From: Neiella marina
GTDB taxonomy: Bacteria; Pseudomonadota; Gammaproteobacteria; Enterobacterales; Neiellaceae
Assembly: GCF_002165625.1 (NCBI RefSeq)
Contig: NZ_NGNS01000024.1
Coordinates: 27,869-51,868, forward strand
DNA: 24,000 nucleotides
Direction of reading: 5' to 3'
In this document: piece after piece, positions 7,829 to 16,511 of the stretch
How positions within the stretch are numbered: position 1 is the stretch's first letter
Layout: each line of letters opens with the position of its first letter
Program-made: the position numbers and the translations under genes
The notes under the pieces: generated by a model
Seen by the model: only the letters and a program-made list of their open reading frames with translations
What the model was told of the DNA's origin: nothing
The model's database searches: none

Positions 7829-7849
7829 CAAGGTGGCTGTCAAGCACGG

Positions 7850-8230
7850 TTAAACGACGGCAACACCGTCAATTTCAACTTGCGCGCCGCGTGGCAATTG
7901 ATTGATACCAATCGCAGCACGGGCAGGGTATGGTTGGTCAAAGTAGCGCGCCATCACTTCGTTTACTTTGGCAAAATTGCTCAAATCAGTCAGGTAAATT
8001 TGTACTTTGACCATGTCGTTGAGGGTACCACCGGCTGCTGCCAGAACTGCTTTCAGGTTTTCGAACACCTGAACTGTTTGCTCTTCAAAATCATCACTCA
8101 CTAATTCCATGGTTGCTGGAACCAACGGAATTTGGCCAGACAGATAAACGGTACCATTGTGATTGATTGCTTGTGAGTAGGTGCCGATAGCTGCTGGTGC
8201 AGCGTCGGTAGAAATAACAGTTTTGCTCAT
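7850..8230 (-). CDS. ridA: RidA/YjgF family reactive-intermediate (enamine/imine) deaminase
   Basis: 126 aa. MSKT...APAAIG.YSQ..., ...SGQIP..., C-terminal ...R....LP.GA.VEI. pattern resembles E. coli RidA. AGGAAG SD. Confidence 0.9.
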   Translation of the reverse strand: MSKTVISTDAAPAAIGTYSQAINHNGTVYLSGQIPLVPATMELVSDDFEEQTVQVFENLKAVLAAAGGTLNDMVKVQIYLTDLSNFAKVNEVMARYFDQPYPARAAIGINQLPRGAQVEIDGVAVV

Positions 8231-8250
8231 GATGCTTCCTGATCTGAGGG

Positions 8251-10365
8251 TTAGTTGCGATTGCGAACGACTTTAACCACCTCTGGCATAACGCGAATTC
8301 GGCGCATGACATTGGCCAGTTGGATCCTGCTGGTGGTGGTGAGTACTAAATTAACACTGTAGAGCCGACCATCTTTTTCGTCGCTGCTGATGCCTTGAAT
8401 GTTGGAGCCACAGTTGGCAACAATCGAGGTCAATGTCGCCAGTGCGCCTTGGTGATTCATCATTTCAACACGCAGCTCGGTAAGATACTCGTCACCCTGA
8501 TCGTGCGCATCGTCCCAACGGACGGCAATGTATTTGTCCGGCTCATTCTGATAGCCACGAACATTGGCACATTGGTCGTGGTGAATAACCAGACCTCGAT
8601 CTTTACTCATATAAGCGATAATCGGATCGCCAGGGATTGGTCGGCAACATTTACCAAACGTGGTCAGCACACCTTCGGCCCCAATAATTGGTAGCCGTTT
8701 GCGCTTTTTGGTGCTGAGTTTGAGGTCGCCAGCGAGACGCTTAGCGATCACTGGGCTCATGATTTTACCCAGGCCAATGTCGATCAACAGCTCATCACCA
8801 TGCTCGAACTTATATTCTTGCAGTAACTGTTGCACGATTTCTGGTTCAAAGTCTTGTAGCGACTTTTGACCACCTAGCGCATGGGTAAGTAATCGCTTAC
8901 CAAGCTTGAGTGCTTCTTCAGACTTGAGGTTCTTCAGGTACTGACGAATTTTAATGCGGGCGCGACTGGTAACGACAAAGTTAAGCCAAGCGGCATTGGG
9001 TCGCGCGCCTTTAGCGGTAATGATCTCGACTGTTTGACCGGTGGCCAGAGGCTGACTAATTGGGTGAGGCTGACGGTCGACCCGGGCACCAACGCAAGCG
9101 TTGCCGACGTCGGTGTGAACCGCGTAGGCAAAATCAACCGCGGTTGCGCCTTCTGGTAATTCGAGAATGCGACCATCCGGGGTAAAGCAGTAAATCTCGT
9201 CGGGGAACAGATCGGATTTAACGCTTTCAATAAATTCGAATGATGAGCCGGCGCTTTGTTGCAGCTCTAGCAGGCTTTGCATCCATCGGCGGGCCCGAAC
9301 TTGCGCCGTTGTGCCGGCGGTCTCGCTTTCATCTTTATACAGCCAGTGAGCAGCAACACCTCGGTCGGCCATTTGATCCATGTGCTCAGTACGAATTTGA
9401 ACTTCAACTGGCACACCATGAGGGCCCATCAGCGAGGTGTGAAGACTCTGATAGCCATTGGCTTTGGGGATCGCAATGTAATCTTTGAAGCGGCCGAGTT
9501 TGGGCTTAAACAAACTGTGCACCAAGCCCAACACGCGGTAGCAGGTATCAACATCATCAACAATCACCCGAAAGGCGTAGATGTCCATGACTTCAGTAAA
9601 CGGCAATTCTTTATTGCGCATTTTCTGATAGATACTGAATAAGTGCTTTTCGCGGCCTTTAACTTTTGCAGGGATCCCCGCCTCGCTAATGCGGCCAGCA
9701 ATATCCTGGGCGATAGCCTCGGTAATTTGCTTGCGATTGCCGCGCTCACGTTTTACCACGTTGCCCAGTACCCGATGACGCATGGGGTACATGGCTTCGA
9801 AACCGAGGTCTTCCAGTTCGTTGCGAATGTCATGAATACCAAGGCGATTGGCAATCGGCGCGTAGATTTCCAGCGTTTCGCGGGCAATGCGGCGACGTTT
9901 ATCAGGCCGTAAAGCGAAAATGGTGCGCATGTTGTGAGTGCGGTCGGCAAGCTTGATCAATATCACTCGAATATCGACTACCATGGCCATGACCATTTTC
10001 TGGAAGTTTTCGGCTTGTGCTTCTTCTTTCGAATCAAACTGGATTTTATCCAGTTTTGACACACCTTCGACCAACTCAGCGACAGTCTCGTTAAACTGTT
10101 CGGCTAAATCTTCTTTGGTTAGGTGGGTGTCTTCGATGACATCATGAAGTAGGGCTGCCATCAGCGCTTCATGATCGAGGCGCATGTCAGCGAGAATGCG
10201 AGTGACGGCCACAGGGTGAGTCACATAGGGCTCACCGCTGGACCGAGTCTGCCCTTCGTGGGCATCGCGGCTGGCAATATAGGCCTGTTGTACCAGCTCG
10301 ACCTGGGCGGGATCTAGATACTCTGCTATCTGTTGTTTCAGACCTTCAAACAATTTCAAGCGCAA
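8251..10365 (-). CDS. spoT: bifunctional (p)ppGpp synthetase/hydrolase SpoT
   Basis: 704 aa. [19 protein letters not shown] and HDVIEDT (HD hydrolase) motifs, synthetase, TGS and ACT regions. Directly downstream of rpoZ. TTG start. Three in-frame TTGs (10365, 10359, 10353) are possible, and 10359 has the best spacing to the GGGG SD. Confidence 0.95.
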   Translation of the reverse strand: MRLKLFEGLKQQIAEYLDPAQVELVQQAYIASRDAHEGQTRSSGEPYVTHPVAVTRILADMRLDHEALMAALLHDVIEDTHLTKEDLAEQFNETVAELVEGVSKLDKIQFDSKEEAQAENFQKMVMAMVVDIRVILIKLADRTHNMRTIFALRPDKRRRIARETLEIYAPIANRLGIHDIRNELEDLGFEAMYPMRHRVLGNVVKRERGNRKQITEAIAQDIAGRISEAGIPAKVKGREKHLFSIYQKMRNKELPFTEVMDIYAFRVIVDDVDTCYRVLGLVHSLFKPKLGRFKDYIAIPKANGYQSLHTSLMGPHGVPVEVQIRTEHMDQMADRGVAAHWLYKDESETAGTTAQVRARRWMQSLLELQQSAGSSFEFIESVKSDLFPDEIYCFTPDGRILELPEGATAVDFAYAVHTDVGNACVGARVDRQPHPISQPLATGQTVEIITAKGARPNAAWLNFVVTSRARIKIRQYLKNLKSEEALKLGKRLLTHALGGQKSLQDFEPEIVQQLLQEYKFEHGDELLIDIGLGKIMSPVIAKRLAGDLKLSTKKRKRLPIIGAEGVLTTFGKCCRPIPGDPIIAYMSKDRGLVIHHDQCANVRGYQNEPDKYIAVRWDDAHDQGDEYLTELRVEMMNHQGALATLTSIVANCGSNIQGISSDEKDGRLYSVNLVLTTTSRIQLANVMRRIRVMPEVVKVVRNRN

Positions 10366-10383
10366 ACCCCGCGATAATTTGGT

Positions 10384-10659
10384 TTAGAAACCTGGTTGAG
10401 TGATGGAAGCAACAGATGCCATTTCAGCAGCTTCTTGCTCTTGTTGCTCACGGGCTTCTTCGGCGTCTAGTGACTCAGCAGTCACATAGCCTTCTTCAAT
10501 TTCACGCAATGCCAAAACAGTTGGCTTGTCGTTGTTTTCGTCGACCAAAGGATCTTTGCCTTGAACGGCCAATTGACGGGCACGGCGGGCCGCTACCAAC
10601 ACCAAATCAAAACGGTTGCCGATCTTATCAACGGCATCTTCTACTGTAACGCGAGCCAT
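10384..10659 (-). CDS. rpoZ: DNA-directed RNA polymerase subunit omega
   Basis: 91 aa. [10 protein letters not shown]....NRFDLVL.AARRARQ is the canonical RpoZ N-terminus. AGGAGG SD. Confidence 0.96.
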   Translation of the reverse strand: MARVTVEDAVDKIGNRFDLVLVAARRARQLAVQGKDPLVDENNDKPTVLALREIEEGYVTAESLDAEEAREQQEQEAAEMASVASITQPGF

Positions 10660-10703
10660 GACGGCCTCCTGTTGTTCAAAAAAGGGACGAAATTCTACCC
10701 AAA

Positions 10704-11336
10704 TCAGGCGCCTTCCGCCAGTAGTTCGTTGAGCATAGCTTTGTGGCGCAAAGATTGTCCAGCGCGACGCAGTCTGCTGGACACCACAATTGCGGTTAGT
10801 TCTTCCAGTGCTTGGTCAAAATCATCGTTAACGATGACATAGTCATACTCATGAACGTGGGACATTTCTGCCACTGCTTTTGCCATCCGACCCGCAATGA
10901 CATCCTCTGAATCGGTGCCGCGTTTGCGCAAGCGTTGCTCGAGCTCGGCGCGGCTGGGCGGCAAGATGAACACGCTGATGGCGTCTGGTTCGTGCTTGCG
11001 GATCTGCTGAGCACCTTGCCAGTCAATATCAAACATGACATCAACGCCTTTAGCTTGCTGCGCTTCGACCGCATGGCGACTGGTGCCATAGAAGTTGCCA
11101 AACACCCCGGCCCACTCAAAAAACGCATGATCATCAATCAATTGCATGAAATCTTTTTGTGAGACGAAGTGATAGTGTTCGCCATTCACTTCGCCAGGAC
11201 GCGGTGCTCGAGTGGTATGGGAAATCGAAACCTGAACCTTGTCGCGGCCGCGAGCTTCGATCATGGCTGCAATAAGGCTAGATTTTCCGGCGCCACTTGG
11301 CGCTGAGATTATAATGAGAGAACCGCGGTCGGCCAT
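10704..11336 (-). CDS. gmk: guanylate kinase
   Basis: [22 protein letters not shown]... aligns with the E. coli Gmk N-terminus. HTTR.PRPGE..G.HY.F motif. The ORF track's alternative GTG start at 11348 would add 4 residues. Confidence 0.93.
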   Translation of the reverse strand: MADRGSLIIISAPSGAGKSSLIAAMIEARGRDKVQVSISHTTRAPRPGEVNGEHYHFVSQKDFMQLIDDHAFFEWAGVFGNFYGTSRHAVEAQQAKGVDVMFDIDWQGAQQIRKHEPDAISVFILPPSRAELEQRLRKRGTDSEDVIAGRMAKAVAEMSHVHEYDYVIVNDDFDQALEELTAIVVSSRLRRAGQSLRHKAMLNELLAEGA

Positions 11337-11495
11337 GGTTTGATTCACTTTCCGGCTGTTTCAGAAAGCGCCTTAAATTAACACTGATTGCTGTGATGAT
11401 CTAGCAACGCTTTTTGTTCAGCAGCCGTTCAAGTTGGCTGGGATTAAATAGTTCACGACATCATTTGGTTTAGTCTAACTGAGATGACAGGCCAA

Positions 11496-11509
11496 ATTGA
11501 TATAGATCA
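11496..11509. promoter_or_regulatory. perfect FNR-type box TTGAT-atag-ATCAA
   Basis: 10/10 match to the FNR consensus TTGAT-N4-ATCAA, within the extended palindrome AAATTGAT....ATCAAATTT. Nearly identical to the box at 14856..14869. Lies in the gmk upstream region. A TAGACT -10-like hexamer sits on the - strand 19 bp from the box. Confidence 0.55.
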
Positions 11510-11576
11510 AATTTAGATTTAATACGGCTCTGAACCAATTAAAACTAAGTATATCTAATGAGTGACCCACAAAATT

Positions 11577-11841
11577 TATAATCGAACTCTGGAAGATCAC
11601 ACATGCATTCAAGTTGGCAAATAAATGTTTATTCACCACGCATGGCATGCGTCCGCATCAGTGGTGATTGCAAAAGTTACGAAATGCTGATCCCTGATCA
11701 GCGACCCTACATGGCCAGTCGCAGTAAACCGCAAGGGAAATGGCGGATGTCAGTTCCTTATTCGGCAACGAAGCGTAAGACTCAAAACGCCTGACAGAAG
11801 TTTCTATGCTAAAAGGCCTGCCTAAGTGGCAGGCCTTTTTT
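11577..11841 (+). other. candidate orphan transcription unit (63-aa ORF 11603..11794 or a structured RNA)
   Basis: Consensus TATAAT at 11577..11582. GGAAGA 6 nt before the ATG at 11603. Several hairpins (CACCAC..GTGGTG 11634..11666; GCTGATC-cct-GATCAGC 11686..11702). Terminator at 11811..11841. The ORF's composition and rare codons are not convincing for a protein. Confidence 0.3.
11811..11841. terminator. bidirectional rho-independent terminator (ends cioB on the - strand; could end a + strand transcript)
   Basis: AAAA-GGCCTGCC-taagt-GGCAGGCC-TTTTTT. Perfect 8-bp GC-rich stem flanked by A and T runs, about 30 nt from the cioB stop. Confidence 0.85.
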
Positions 11842-11871
11842 GTTGCTGGGTTTGCTGGTGGGGTAACAGCG

Positions 11872-12870
11872 CTAATAGTACTTTAGTTCCGTCGCTTTAC
11901 CCCAAAATACGCGATAAGAGAACACTGTATAGGCGAGGATAACCGGCACCACGATGACTGCGCCATAGAGAATAAACATCAGCGATTCTGGCGCGCTAGC
12001 GGCCTGCCAGATATCGATTTTGCCGGGTACGATATATGGATAGAAGCTGAACGCTAGGCCTTGGAAACACAGCACGAAAATAATCACCGCACACACAAAC
12101 GGCAGCCAGCAACCAAAGTCATCCGGCAATGGTACTTTTTTCAACACCCGATCGACGATGGCGAACATGGCAAAGCAGGTGATTGGGATCATTCCCATGG
12201 CGACGACAAATGGGAAGGTAAACCACTTTTCGAATACTGCCGGATTGACCAGTGGATTGACCGCACACACTGCGATAATCCCAGCTAAGCAGGTCCAACC
12301 GCAGCGTCGCCCCCATGTTGCTGCTCGTACTTGAAGTTCACCTTCGGTTTTCATCACCAGCCATGCTGCTCCGATGTAGGCATAAGCAGCGGTCACACCA
12401 AGCGCACTGAGAATTGAGAAGCCAATCGATTGCGCGGTGTATTCAAAGCCCATGACGTACATACCGAGCATGTAACCTTGAGACAAACTGGTGATCAGTG
12501 AGCCAATGCGGAAGATATGATCCCAGGTTCGCTTATTTTCCAGCGCGACTTTAGCTCTAAAGTCAAAAGCGACGCCGCGCAGGATTAAGCCCGCTAGCAT
12601 GATCGCCGTTGGTAAATAGAGCTCGCGCATGACCTCGCTATGGGCTTCGGGAAAGGCAATCAGTAACAAACCAATGGCCAACACTAGCCAGGTTTCGTTG
12701 GCATCCCAAAATGGACCGATAGATGCGATCATGGTGTCACGTTGCTGCTCATTGTCGTTGGGCAGTAAAATACCAACGCCCAAATCGTAGCCATCCAAAA
12801 TGGCGTACAGCAATACAGCTAGCCCCATCAAGCCAACAAAAACGATTGGTAACCATTGTGCTTCACTCAT
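11872..12870 (-). CDS. cytochrome bd-type ubiquinol oxidase subunit II, short (CioB-like) form
   Basis: 332 aa polytopic membrane protein. The N-terminus ...LYAILDGYDLGVGIL is typical of CydB. The ATG overlaps the subunit I stop (ATGA), suggesting translational coupling. Shorter than the E. coli CydB length I recall (379 aa). Confidence 0.88.
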   Translation of the reverse strand: MSEAQWLPIVFVGLMGLAVLLYAILDGYDLGVGILLPNDNEQQRDTMIASIGPFWDANETWLVLAIGLLLIAFPEAHSEVMRELYLPTAIMLAGLILRGVAFDFRAKVALENKRTWDHIFRIGSLITSLSQGYMLGMYVMGFEYTAQSIGFSILSALGVTAAYAYIGAAWLVMKTEGELQVRAATWGRRCGWTCLAGIIAVCAVNPLVNPAVFEKWFTFPFVVAMGMIPITCFAMFAIVDRVLKKVPLPDDFGCWLPFVCAVIIFVLCFQGLAFSFYPYIVPGKIDIWQAASAPESLMFILYGAVIVVPVILAYTVFSYRVFWGKATELKYY

Positions 12871-14234
12871 GCTTTTGCCTCCGCTTTCATTACTGGCGAT
12901 TGAATGGCTGTTGCCGTTGGGCTTTGGTATTCCTCCAGCTCAATGGCACGGTTTGACATCACCAATAGCGTTCTCAGATAGGCGATGATCAGTACCGTAT
13001 ATAGTGTCAGGTAAAGCGCCAGCGACGTCGCAACTGACGTGTTCGGAACTGTGGTCACGGCATCGGCAGTAGTTAGCACGCCAGTCACCAGCCAAGGCTG
13101 GCGACCGATTTCGGTTACGTACCAACCCGCTAATGTGGCGATCCAACCAGAAAACGTCATTGCAATGAGGCCGCGATACATCCAAGTCGGCAACTCGCGC
13201 TTGCGCCACCAGAACCAACAGCCCAGCCAAGATGCGGCAATCATCAACATGCCGACTCCAACCATGATTCGGAAGCCGTAAAACAACGGCGCAACCGGCG
13301 GGTGGTTGCCTTCGAACTCATTCAATCCTTGTAGCTCGCCATCCCACTCATGGGTAAGGATCAGTGATGCTACTTTGGGGATTTCGATGGCGTAATGAGT
13401 GGTTTGCTGTTCTTCATCTGGGATGCCAAACAACACCAGAGGTGCGCCTTTTTCGGTATGCCAAACACCCTCAATGGCGGCAATTTTTTGAGGTTGATGT
13501 TGCAACGTGTTCAAGCCATGGAGATCGCCGACGAATGCTTGGGTGGGCGCCAATATGGCAGCGACGATCAACGCTGTTTTGAGCGCTACTCGAGGGGCTT
13601 TTTTCTCATCCCCTTTAAGCAAGCGGTAAGCACTCAAGCCTGCGATAAAGAACGCCGCCGTCAAGCCCGATGCGATCAGCATGTGAGTCAGCCGATAGGG
13701 AAATGATGGATTAAAGATGATTGCCCACCAGTCAGTGGCATGTGCCACGCCATCGCGCATTTCGAATCCCGTTGGGGTTTGCATCCAGCTGTTGAGTGCC
13801 AGAATCCAAAATGCTGACAGACTCGTGCCGATGGCGACCATAAAGGTGGAAAAAGTGTGGACCTTGTTGGGCACTCGGCCCATACCAAACAGCATGACAC
13901 CGAGGAAGGTCGCCTCTAAGAAGAAGGCGGTTAGGACTTCATAGCCCAGCAGTGGGCCGGCAATATTACCAACGGTTTCCATAAAACCGGGCCAGTTGGT
14001 GCCAAACTGGAACGACATCGTAATGCCGGATACCACGCCTAGTGCAAAGGTTAAGGCAAACACCTTGACCCAAAAGCGGTATGCTCGCATCCACATTGGA
14101 TGGCCGGAGAGGTCAAATCGCACTTTGAAATAGCAAAGAAACCAACACATGGCGATAGTGATGGTAGGGAACAGAATGTGAAAGCTGATGTTCGCGGCAA
14201 ACTGGATCCGCGACAGCATGAAGGTATCGAGCAC
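12867..14234 (-). CDS. cytochrome bd-type ubiquinol oxidase subunit I, short Q-loop (CioA-like) form
   Basis: 455 aa. (M)LD...LSR.QFA....FH.LF..T..M N-terminus resembles CydA. GTG start with GGAGAG SD. About 65-70 aa shorter than E. coli CydA, consistent with the cyanide-insensitive-oxidase subgroup. Confidence 0.88.
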   Translation of the reverse strand: MLDTFMLSRIQFAANISFHILFPTITIAMCWFLCYFKVRFDLSGHPMWMRAYRFWVKVFALTFALGVVSGITMSFQFGTNWPGFMETVGNIAGPLLGYEVLTAFFLEATFLGVMLFGMGRVPNKVHTFSTFMVAIGTSLSAFWILALNSWMQTPTGFEMRDGVAHATDWWAIIFNPSFPYRLTHMLIASGLTAAFFIAGLSAYRLLKGDEKKAPRVALKTALIVAAILAPTQAFVGDLHGLNTLQHQPQKIAAIEGVWHTEKGAPLVLFGIPDEEQQTTHYAIEIPKVASLILTHEWDGELQGLNEFEGNHPPVAPLFYGFRIMVGVGMLMIAASWLGCWFWWRKRELPTWMYRGLIAMTFSGWIATLAGWYVTEIGRQPWLVTGVLTTADAVTTVPNTSVATSLALYLTLYTVLIIAYLRTLLVMSNRAIELEEYQSPTATAIQSPVMKAEAKA

Positions 14235-14259
14235 AGGTCTCTCCTCTATGCCTGACTGA

Positions 14260-14805
14260 TCAGGACTTGTTAACTAATTTATCTTTTAGCTCAAGCACTT
14301 TGCTGAATCCTGATCCGAGTTTTACCAGCTTGTGCAAGGTTTCCGGTGACATATTGTGTAGCTCCGTAGACCACTGAGTAACGCCTTCAAGCAAGTCATG
14401 AATCTCGCGCATGCGTTGCTGAGCAAAGGCCTCAGTTTCGTTTGCCGGAGCATCGAGCAATTGATCACGCAACAGTGTCAATGTTGGGTCAATTTCTCGT
14501 TTACGCCTTTCTTCAAATACGCGCTTTGCCATGGTCCAGATGTCGCCAGCGGCCGTGTAGTAGTCTTTGCGGTCACCGGGTTGATGCTGAACTTGGACTA
14601 ACTGCCATGACTGCAACTCCTTTAATCCCATACTGACATTGCCTCGGCTGATGCTCAGCGCTGTGGCAATATCATTGGCGGTCAATGGTTTTTCGTTAAT
14701 CACCAGCAGGGCATACATTTGGCCAACGGTGCGATTAAATCCCCAGCGGCTACCCATCTCGCCAAAATGCATGACAAAGGCTTCAATTTTTGGACTTAAA
14801 TTCAT
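14260..14805 (-). CDS. GbsR/MarR-family winged-helix transcriptional regulator
   Basis: 181 aa. FGEMGSRWGFNRTVGQMYALL......LTANDIA..L.ISRGNVSMGLKEL..W.LV pattern is typical of the GbsR/OpcR-like family. 25 nt upstream of and co-oriented with cioA. No obvious SD. Confidence 0.75.
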   Translation of the reverse strand: MNLSPKIEAFVMHFGEMGSRWGFNRTVGQMYALLVINEKPLTANDIATALSISRGNVSMGLKELQSWQLVQVQHQPGDRKDYYTAAGDIWTMAKRVFEERRKREIDPTLTLLRDQLLDAPANETEAFAQQRMREIHDLLEGVTQWSTELHNMSPETLHKLVKLGSGFSKVLELKDKLVNKS

Positions 14806-14855
14806 TTATTGCATGTTTTGAACTTTCAGAAATTATTGAAAGCTTATGGCGAAAA

Positions 14856-14869
14856 TTGATTTAGATCAA
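14856..14869. promoter_or_regulatory. perfect FNR-type box TTGAT-ttag-ATCAA upstream of gbsR-cioAB
   Basis: 10/10 match to TTGAT-N4-ATCAA. An ATAATT -10-like hexamer (14836..14831, - strand) sits 19 bp from the box, giving class II-like geometry. 51 bp upstream of the regulator's ATG. Confidence 0.6.
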
Positions 14870-15024
14870 GAATTGTATGTGGCAGTATTTGCCTCTCGGG
14901 TACACGAATGCGCCGAGGCGCTAACATAACCGATTGTGTCTGTTGCAGTTTACTGATCTTGAAAGTGATTTTTGCAGTAGGCAATTAGGGCTATCGCTCG
15001 CCAAGATCTGACAGGGTGAACATC

Positions 15025-16113
15025 ATGAAAAAAATCGTCCAACTAACCGCATTCGCTATGGCATTGGTGGCAAACGCTGTTGCTGCACAATCGTGGCAGG
15101 CAGAGATTATTGCGGAGGGCCTAGGAATCCCTTGGGGCTTGGAGCAGGTTGACGCCAACACCGTCATGGTCAGCGAGCGACAAGGCCAAATCGGCTTGTT
15201 GGATTTAAGCTCTGGCAAGTATCAGCCGATTTTTCAGGTCCCGGACGTTGAACAAGTGCGTCAAGGTGGTTCATTGGACATTGCCAAGTCACCGTTTAAG
15301 GCCGATGAATACTATTTTACCTACAGCAAGGATGTTGGCACGGGGATTGAAACGGTGCTTGCCGTGGCCACATTGCAGCAGCAGAAGCTGACCGGCTGGC
15401 GCGATATCATGGTGACAAAATCAGGCTCGGAGAAAGGCGTTCATTTTGGCAGCCGGATCACCTTCGATGACAAGCATTTGTATTTTTCGATTGGTGATCG
15501 AGGGCATAAAGACAACGGCCAGAACACGCAAACACATGCCGGTACTATTTTACGATTAAACCCGGATGGTTCGGTACCGAAAGACAATCCATTCGTTGCC
15601 GATGATGACGTGCTGGATGAGATTTGGAGCTATGGTCACCGCAACCCTCAGGGCATGTTCTTTGATGAACCGAGTCAAGTTCTTTGGTCCATTGAGCATG
15701 GCCCTAGAGGTGGCGATGAGATCAACCTGATCAAAGCAGGTCATAACTATGGTTGGCCGAAAACCTCTCACGGTAAAGAGTATTGGGGACCAGTAGACGC
15801 TGGCGAAGCACAAGAACTACCTGGCATTGAGTCGCCGCGCTATGTGTATACGCCATCGATTGCCCCGAGTTCGTTGGTACTATACCGCCATTCGCGTTAC
15901 CCAGAGTTGACCGGTAAATTGCTCGCTGGTGCCCTTAAACTGGCCCATATCAATGTCCTGACGCTCGATGAAAACAATCAGATCGTCAATGAGGAGCGGA
16001 TTGTGGAGGATTTAATGGAACGCGTTCGAGATATTGAGGTGTTATCCGATGGCACGATTGTTTTTAGTGCAGATACTGGGCGGATATATCGCTTAATCGG
16101 TTTGAAGCCATAA
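15025..16113 (+). CDS. yliI: PQQ-dependent soluble aldose sugar dehydrogenase (YliI/Asd family), periplasmic
   Basis: MKKIVQLTAFAMALVANAVAAQ signal peptide from the ATG at 15025 (GGG SD-like run 8 nt upstream). IWSYGHRNPQG, EHGPRGGDEIN and NYGWP motifs resemble E. coli YliI. Confidence 0.85.
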   Translation: MKKIVQLTAFAMALVANAVAAQSWQAEIIAEGLGIPWGLEQVDANTVMVSERQGQIGLLDLSSGKYQPIFQVPDVEQVRQGGSLDIAKSPFKADEYYFTYSKDVGTGIETVLAVATLQQQKLTGWRDIMVTKSGSEKGVHFGSRITFDDKHLYFSIGDRGHKDNGQNTQTHAGTILRLNPDGSVPKDNPFVADDDVLDEIWSYGHRNPQGMFFDEPSQVLWSIEHGPRGGDEINLIKAGHNYGWPKTSHGKEYWGPVDAGEAQELPGIESPRYVYTPSIAPSSLVLYRHSRYPELTGKLLAGALKLAHINVLTLDENNQIVNEERIVEDLMERVRDIEVLSDGTIVFSADTGRIYRLIGLKP

Positions 16114-16130
16114 TTCAATTTTTGAGCCGA

Positions 16131-16511
16131 TTACTCAAAGCTTTCAAACCAGCGTTTCGCAGCGTCGACATTGTCAAAATAGGCGACTCGCTGGGATGAG
16201 TGTTCCCTCACGCGTGACTCGTTAATCTGTTGAAATAAAACCGATTTAGTTATCAGAGCTTTGGCAACCAAGTTTTGCTGATCAAGCCATAGGTTGAACT
16301 CTGCGCTGGCTTCATAGGCCTCAGGGGTACCGCCATCGACATGGCGAATATCAATTAGCATGTAAAAAGGTCGATTTTCTAGACCGACAATGGCCTGTTC
16401 AATCAGTTTCGAAATGGCTTCAATGGTGTATTCGTTGAATGAGCCAGCCATGACAATGTGAATGATGTTACCTTCCACTGAAACGTCAAATTCGCCATGA
16501 ACTAGAGTCAT
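16131..16511 (-). CDS. hypothetical protein, possibly SpoIIAA/STAS-like fold
   Basis: 126-aa ORF with a GGGGG SD 6 nt upstream. The alternating beta/alpha pattern and C-terminal ...F.NVDAAKRWF resemble STAS/DUF-type sensor-partner proteins. The assignment is weak. Confidence 0.5.
   Translation of the reverse strand: MTLVHGEFDVSVEGNIIHIVMAGSFNEYTIEAISKLIEQAIVGLENRPFYMLIDIRHVDGGTPEAYEASAEFNLWLDQQNLVAKALITKSVLFQQINESRVREHSSQRVAYFDNVDAAKRWFESFE

Noticed and set aside
7838-7843. Perfect TTGACA -35 hexamer on the - strand right after the ridA stop, as a candidate trmH promoter
   Set aside because: No acceptable -10 lies at a 16-18 bp spacing (AGCTCA/CAGCTC). Any transcript starting there would run straight into the terminator hairpin.
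8395-10147. Multiple 61-121 aa ORFs on both strands overlapping spoT (for example 8395..8694, 8934..9230, 9277..9642, 9643..9912)
   Set aside because: These are off-frame or antisense shadows of spoT. They show no recognisable motifs or ribosome-binding sites, and spoT homology spans the whole interval.
11612-11660. Possible c-di-GMP (GEMM-I) riboswitch because of GGCAAA ... ACGCA strings
   Set aside because: The intervening stem would be AT-only with a 2-nt loop and has no GNRA tetraloop or receptor. The second-half consensus (ACGCAAAGC plus a paired P1b) is absent, and no gene lies downstream.
11603-11794. The 63-aa ORF as a confident protein-coding gene
   Set aside because: It contains rare codons (ata, cga, cgg, ggg), has an odd Trp/Cys/Arg/Ser-rich composition and matches no recognisable family. 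It is kept only as a candidate inside the orphan-unit finding.
12061-14821. Short ORFs inside or antisense to cioA, cioB and the GbsR-like gene (for example 12061..12288, 12940..13230, 13395..13706, 14398..14601)
   Set aside because: They are shadow ORFs within well-supported membrane-protein and regulator genes and have no independent signals.
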